This document shows, piece by piece, positions 31,466-34,700 of a stretch of 34,700 nucleotides of DNA. Under the pieces are notes generated by a model. It ran no database searches. It saw only the letters and a program-made list of their open reading frames with translations, and had not been told where the DNA came from. Numbering within the stretch: the first letter of the stretch is position 1; each line of letters begins with the position of its first letter. This stretch comes from Saprolegnia diclina VS20 (Eukaryota): the NCBI RefSeq assembly GCF_000281045.1, contig NW_008246111.1, positions 135,907 to 170,606 of the forward strand, read 5' to 3'. A program made the position numbers and the translations under genes.

Positions 31466-32472
31466 GCACACTTTATCAACTGTCTCGTCGTTTTTGTACA
31501 TTAATTCAATCTCCTTTTGCACCACTTCGAAATACCAACATTTGAAACGTCCACACTTGGAGATAGCACACAACGGCGGTTTCTGCCGATAGCATGTTGG
31601 CACGTTGACAAGCAAATACTGCGAAATATTGTCAGGATCTGAGCTGTCAGTGTCCTGTCCTGGAGAAACGAACGTCGTCTTGCCCAATGAATCAATGCAT
31701 GGGTGAGTTCGGTCCAAAAATGCAGGTAAAAAGCATCCAACAAGAGCACATTTCACGCCATTTGCGCGTAGTATTCGAAACGGAGTAGCTTTGCACGCCT
31801 GGCGCAGTCCCTTGCATTCGTTCGGATCGCGTATTTTTACGATGTGTTTGCTCCATGGTTGAGATCGAACGTGGCTGTAGGTCGGTGTGTGCGTCGTCGC
31901 CGTCCCACACGCCAGTGTCTACCTCGTGGCTATGCCGTTGGCGCTGGGTAGCGTCGCAGAGACAGCGAGCATAGCGCCTCGAGAGGCGGGCAATGCGACC
32001 CAGACGTGGACTGGTTGCTGGGAATCGTGTCTGAGGAATGATTGCAGAGCGATATAACTTACAAGCGTTCAAAAGGGGCACGATGGCGGTGGCAAAGACG
32101 CGGGGCTCAAGGGTAGAGTACTGGTAGCGCTACGATGTCGCTACATTCGAGTCCAATAGCATGACAGTGGTTACGTACACGTACAGTGCAGCTTGCGTCC
32201 TTCGCTCAGTCCACCTTGCTATTCACTCACTCACTTCCTTCTTCCTCTCTGGAAGGTCCTCCACTGCTTGACCGCAAAATCAACGACACCGCAAGATCGA
32301 AATCGAGTGCAATGTGAGTGACCCAGGAATCATCGCACGTGCGGCGGCGCAGAGCATCATTACACACAAGTAGGATACACTCAAACTCTCTTGGTGTTTG
32401 TATGCAACAGCTGGGGCCGCGCAAGGCAGCCGGTCGCGTTCGATTTGGCAATCCGGCGCTGCGTTTGCACTT

Positions 32473-32488
32473 GTCATTTTCCAATTCG
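32473..32488 (+). promoter_or_regulatory. Oomycete INR/FPR-like core promoter
   Basis: gtcattttccaattcg lies immediately upstream of the ATG at 32493. Confidence 0.6.
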
Positions 32489-32492
32489 ATCC

Positions 32493-33437
32493 ATGAAGGC
32501 CATCTACCTCTTGAGCGCGCTTCTTGCGGCTGCGGTTGCCGACGTCAAGCAAGACTACGAGCCGTGCAGCATGCAGCACGACTACTGCGCCAAAGACAGC
32601 TGGATCTGCTGCGTTGGACCCAAGGACGTCAAGTCGGGCAAGATGACGTGCCGCCCCGGCGGCAGCGACTGCATCTGGGACTCGCCTGAGATGCGCAAGT
32701 CGGGCTACTGGGACTCGTCTGACTCGAGCTCCGGGTGGGACTCGGGCTCCGGCTCACACCCGTCGGATGAGCCGAGCGATGAGCCGAGTGACGAGCCGAG
32801 TGACGAGCCGAGTGACGAGCCGAGTGATGAACCTAGCGATGAGCCGAGTGACGAGCCGAGTGACGAGCCGAGCGATGAGCCGAGTGACGAGCCGAGTGAC
32901 GAGCCGAGTGATGAACCTAGCGATGAGCCGAGTGACGAGCCGAGTGACGAGCCGAGTGACGAGCCGAGTGATGAACCCAGCGATGAGCCGAGTGATGAGC
33001 CTTCGAACGATCCGACCGACGGCCCCACGGATACCCCAACCGATGCGCCGACGGACGCTCCCAAGCCGACGCCGTCGCCATCGAGCCAGCCGGGCAACGG
33101 GTCGCCGATCCTGGTCAACTTGGCCGTGCCCGACCACGTTGGTGTCGACTGCCCTGGCATCCAGTCGCGCTTCCCGGCTGGCACGCTCTTCTGTGGCTCG
33201 CCCAAGCCGCCGGGGGCCAACATCTACACGCCGTCGTGCGACCAGTCGATGACCGTGACGTGGCAGGGCAAGAGCGTCACGTGCGTCATTTCGTTCCAAG
33301 CATCGGGCGTCGGCTTGACGACCGACGCCTACGTCGAGCTTGTCCCCGAGGCCTACGCCGTGCTCACGGGCTCGACGCAGGGTGGCATCATCACGGGCGC
33401 GACCTGCAGTGGCGTCTGCAACGTCGCCCGGTCGTAA
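32493..33437 (+). CDS. Secreted protein: signal peptide, 6-Cys knottin-like module, (PSDE)20 acidic linker, divergent DPBB domain
   Basis: [16 protein letters not shown], then C-x6-C-x6-CC-x12-C-x6-C. The C-terminal domain is highly similar to that of 30905-31465. Confidence 0.88.
   Translation: MKAIYLLSALLAAAVADVKQDYEPCSMQHDYCAKDSWICCVGPKDVKSGKMTCRPGGSDCIWDSPEMRKSGYWDSSDSSSGWDSGSGSHPSDEPSDEPSDEPSDEPSDEPSDEPSDEPSDEPSDEPSDEPSDEPSDEPSDEPSDEPSDEPSDEPSDEPSDEPSDEPSDEPSNDPTDGPTDTPTDAPTDAPKPTPSPSSQPGNGSPILVNLAVPDHVGVDCPGIQSRFPAGTLFCGSPKPPGANIYTPSCDQSMTVTWQGKSVTCVISFQASGVGLTTDAYVELVPEAYAVLTGSTQGGIITGATCSGVCNVARS
32760..32999 (+). repeat. Coding minisatellite, 20 x 12 bp (ccgagtgacgag; PSDE)
   Basis: 20 units counted, differing only synonymously. 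Confidence 0.95.
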
Positions 33438-34400
33438 ACCATCGAGTAATCCTTTGTGTTATATACCATCGTCGTCGTCACATGTAAATGAATATAAAAC
33501 AACACCGACCGTGTTGTCCACTGAAAGACGTCTCTGAGAGTTCTAGCATCGCTAGCAGTTGGCTTCTTGTGTTGTTGAAATGAGTTCTTAACATGCAATT
33601 ATATACTAGTAGTGAAGATGGTGGACTTCCTAATGCGCTCGTGAGGTTTGGCCCAAGCTGAGGGCGCTTGGTCGGGGCTCAGGAGTTGGCTTCTTGCGTA
33701 CTCCTACACGTTTGTTTGGTCATAAAGTGCAACTGGTCAACCCTTGAACTGCGATCTTCTTGTCAATTACGCAAAAGGGCTAGGGTAGAACGTTTCGTGT
33801 TGCAGGCTCAGACATGTGTTTTCTGGTCGTCGGTGTTCATGATCGTGCACGTGGTGCGGTAATGGACCGGGACGCCAGCAGCTTCTCGCGCTGCTTGCTG
33901 AAGCTTCTGCCGTGTATCCCAGAATCATTTCACTGCGTGCGGTCGTCACTGTCAGCATCTAGACACTGAGAGGAGGAGCTACAGTGCTGAGTGGTAGAGA
34001 GAATCCTGCAGCGATCTTGGAGTCCAACCGCTCCTCGGTGATCGAGGTAGAGTGGATGTACACTGCTCGCGCTTGCAGTCGGTACATACATCGCTCGGGA
34101 AGAGCTTGGAGTTACGTGCAACACTGTGGTGTGCGAGCAAGCAAGCCTGGGCGACAGAGGGAATCCTTGAGCATCTAGTACATGTGTATCGCTGATCCGT
34201 TCGACGGGTTATAGATGTGTACTAGGTTCCCGTCGACCTTAGTAACGCCCCTTCCGATACATACGCGTGCAAAGTAGCGGACCGTGTGGACGTCAAGAAG
34301 CTTCGATCGCTCGTCGACAGCGTTCGGGTTCCAGGTGGTGCAAGCTGTAGCATTGGTCACACCATGGCGATCCTTTGACGAGCACGACTTGTGGTGCAAT

Positions 34401-34417
34401 GTCATTTTCATTTTTCC
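34401..34417 (+). promoter_or_regulatory. Oomycete INR/FPR-like core promoter
   Basis: gtcattttcatttttcc lies just upstream of the ATG at 34426. Confidence 0.55.
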
Positions 34418-34425
34418 ACGCTTCC

Positions 34426-34700
34426 ATGCAACGCTTCGTGTGCCTCACTGCTGTGCTCGCGGCCGGCGCCAACGCGGCGGCGCAGCCCGCGTGGCATGTG
34501 TGCCACCGCCAACACGATTCGTGCGCGACCAAGAACTGGGTGTGCTGCGTCGGCCCCGACGATCTTGTGAGCGGCAAGACGACGTGCCGCCCTTCGTGCG
34601 AAACGACGCCGCCACGCATGAAGCCGACTCGTACGGAGGACTGCGACGGTGACGACGATGACGACGACTCGGGGTCCGACGAGCCAAGTGACGATGAGCC
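34426..34700 (+). CDS. Third secreted paralogue (not in the ORF track; runs off the window): signal peptide, knottin-like module, acidic linker
   Basis: Manual translation: MQRFVCLTAVLAAGANAAAQPAWHVCHRQHDSCATKNWVCCVGPDDLVSGKTTCRPSCETT…DDDDDDSGSDEPSDDE. Confidence 0.85.
   Translation, partial: MQRFVCLTAVLAAGANAAAQPAWHVCHRQHDSCATKNWVCCVGPDDLVSGKTTCRPSCETTPPRMKPTRTEDCDGDDDDDDSGSDEPSDDE

Noticed and set aside
30752..31756. 334-aa minus-strand ORF and similar antisense ORFs over GC-rich genes
   Set aside because: They overlap well-supported genes on the other strand and are typical of high-GC3 coding DNA.
32705..33299. Antisense and alternative-frame repeat ORFs (GSSL)n, (TRLV)n, (SRVT)n
   Set aside because: These are shadows of the PSDE minisatellite. 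Variation is synonymous only in the PSDE frame.
30905..34700. RxLR or Crinkler effector assignment for the secreted proteins
   Set aside because: No RxLR-dEER or LFLAK motifs follow the signal peptides.

Overview
Eukaryotic, GC-rich, gapped draft sequence with short (about 43-65 nt) GT-AG introns and oomycete-type INR/FPR core promoters. The organism is most likely a saprolegnialean oomycete such as Saprolegnia (inference from gene families and intron size). The left half (1-15.7 kb) is a duplicated, rearranged cluster of repeat-domain signalling genes: three pieces or copies of a DLG-type TKL kinase with two RanBP2/NZF-like zinc ribbons (two pieces with visible N-terminal ankyrin exons), a divergently transcribed ankyrin gene with one 33-aa repeat per 99-nt exon, and several members or fragments of a family that appears to be built as 'SHAW' (HET/TIR-like) domain + TPR array + ZZ finger + conserved C-terminal 'WHPM' domain. 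The right half holds a multi-exon membrane protein gene and three intronless paralogues of a roughly 7-TM + C-terminal LRR + LNR-like receptor. It also holds a secreted, probably GPI-anchored 2OG-Fe(II) oxygenase-like gene and a tandem array of three secreted proteins that mix a knottin-like Cys module, repeat linkers and a divergent DPBB (loosenin/barwin-like) domain. No rRNA, tRNA, CRISPR array or recognisable transposase was seen. All domain calls were made by eye from motifs, with no database search.
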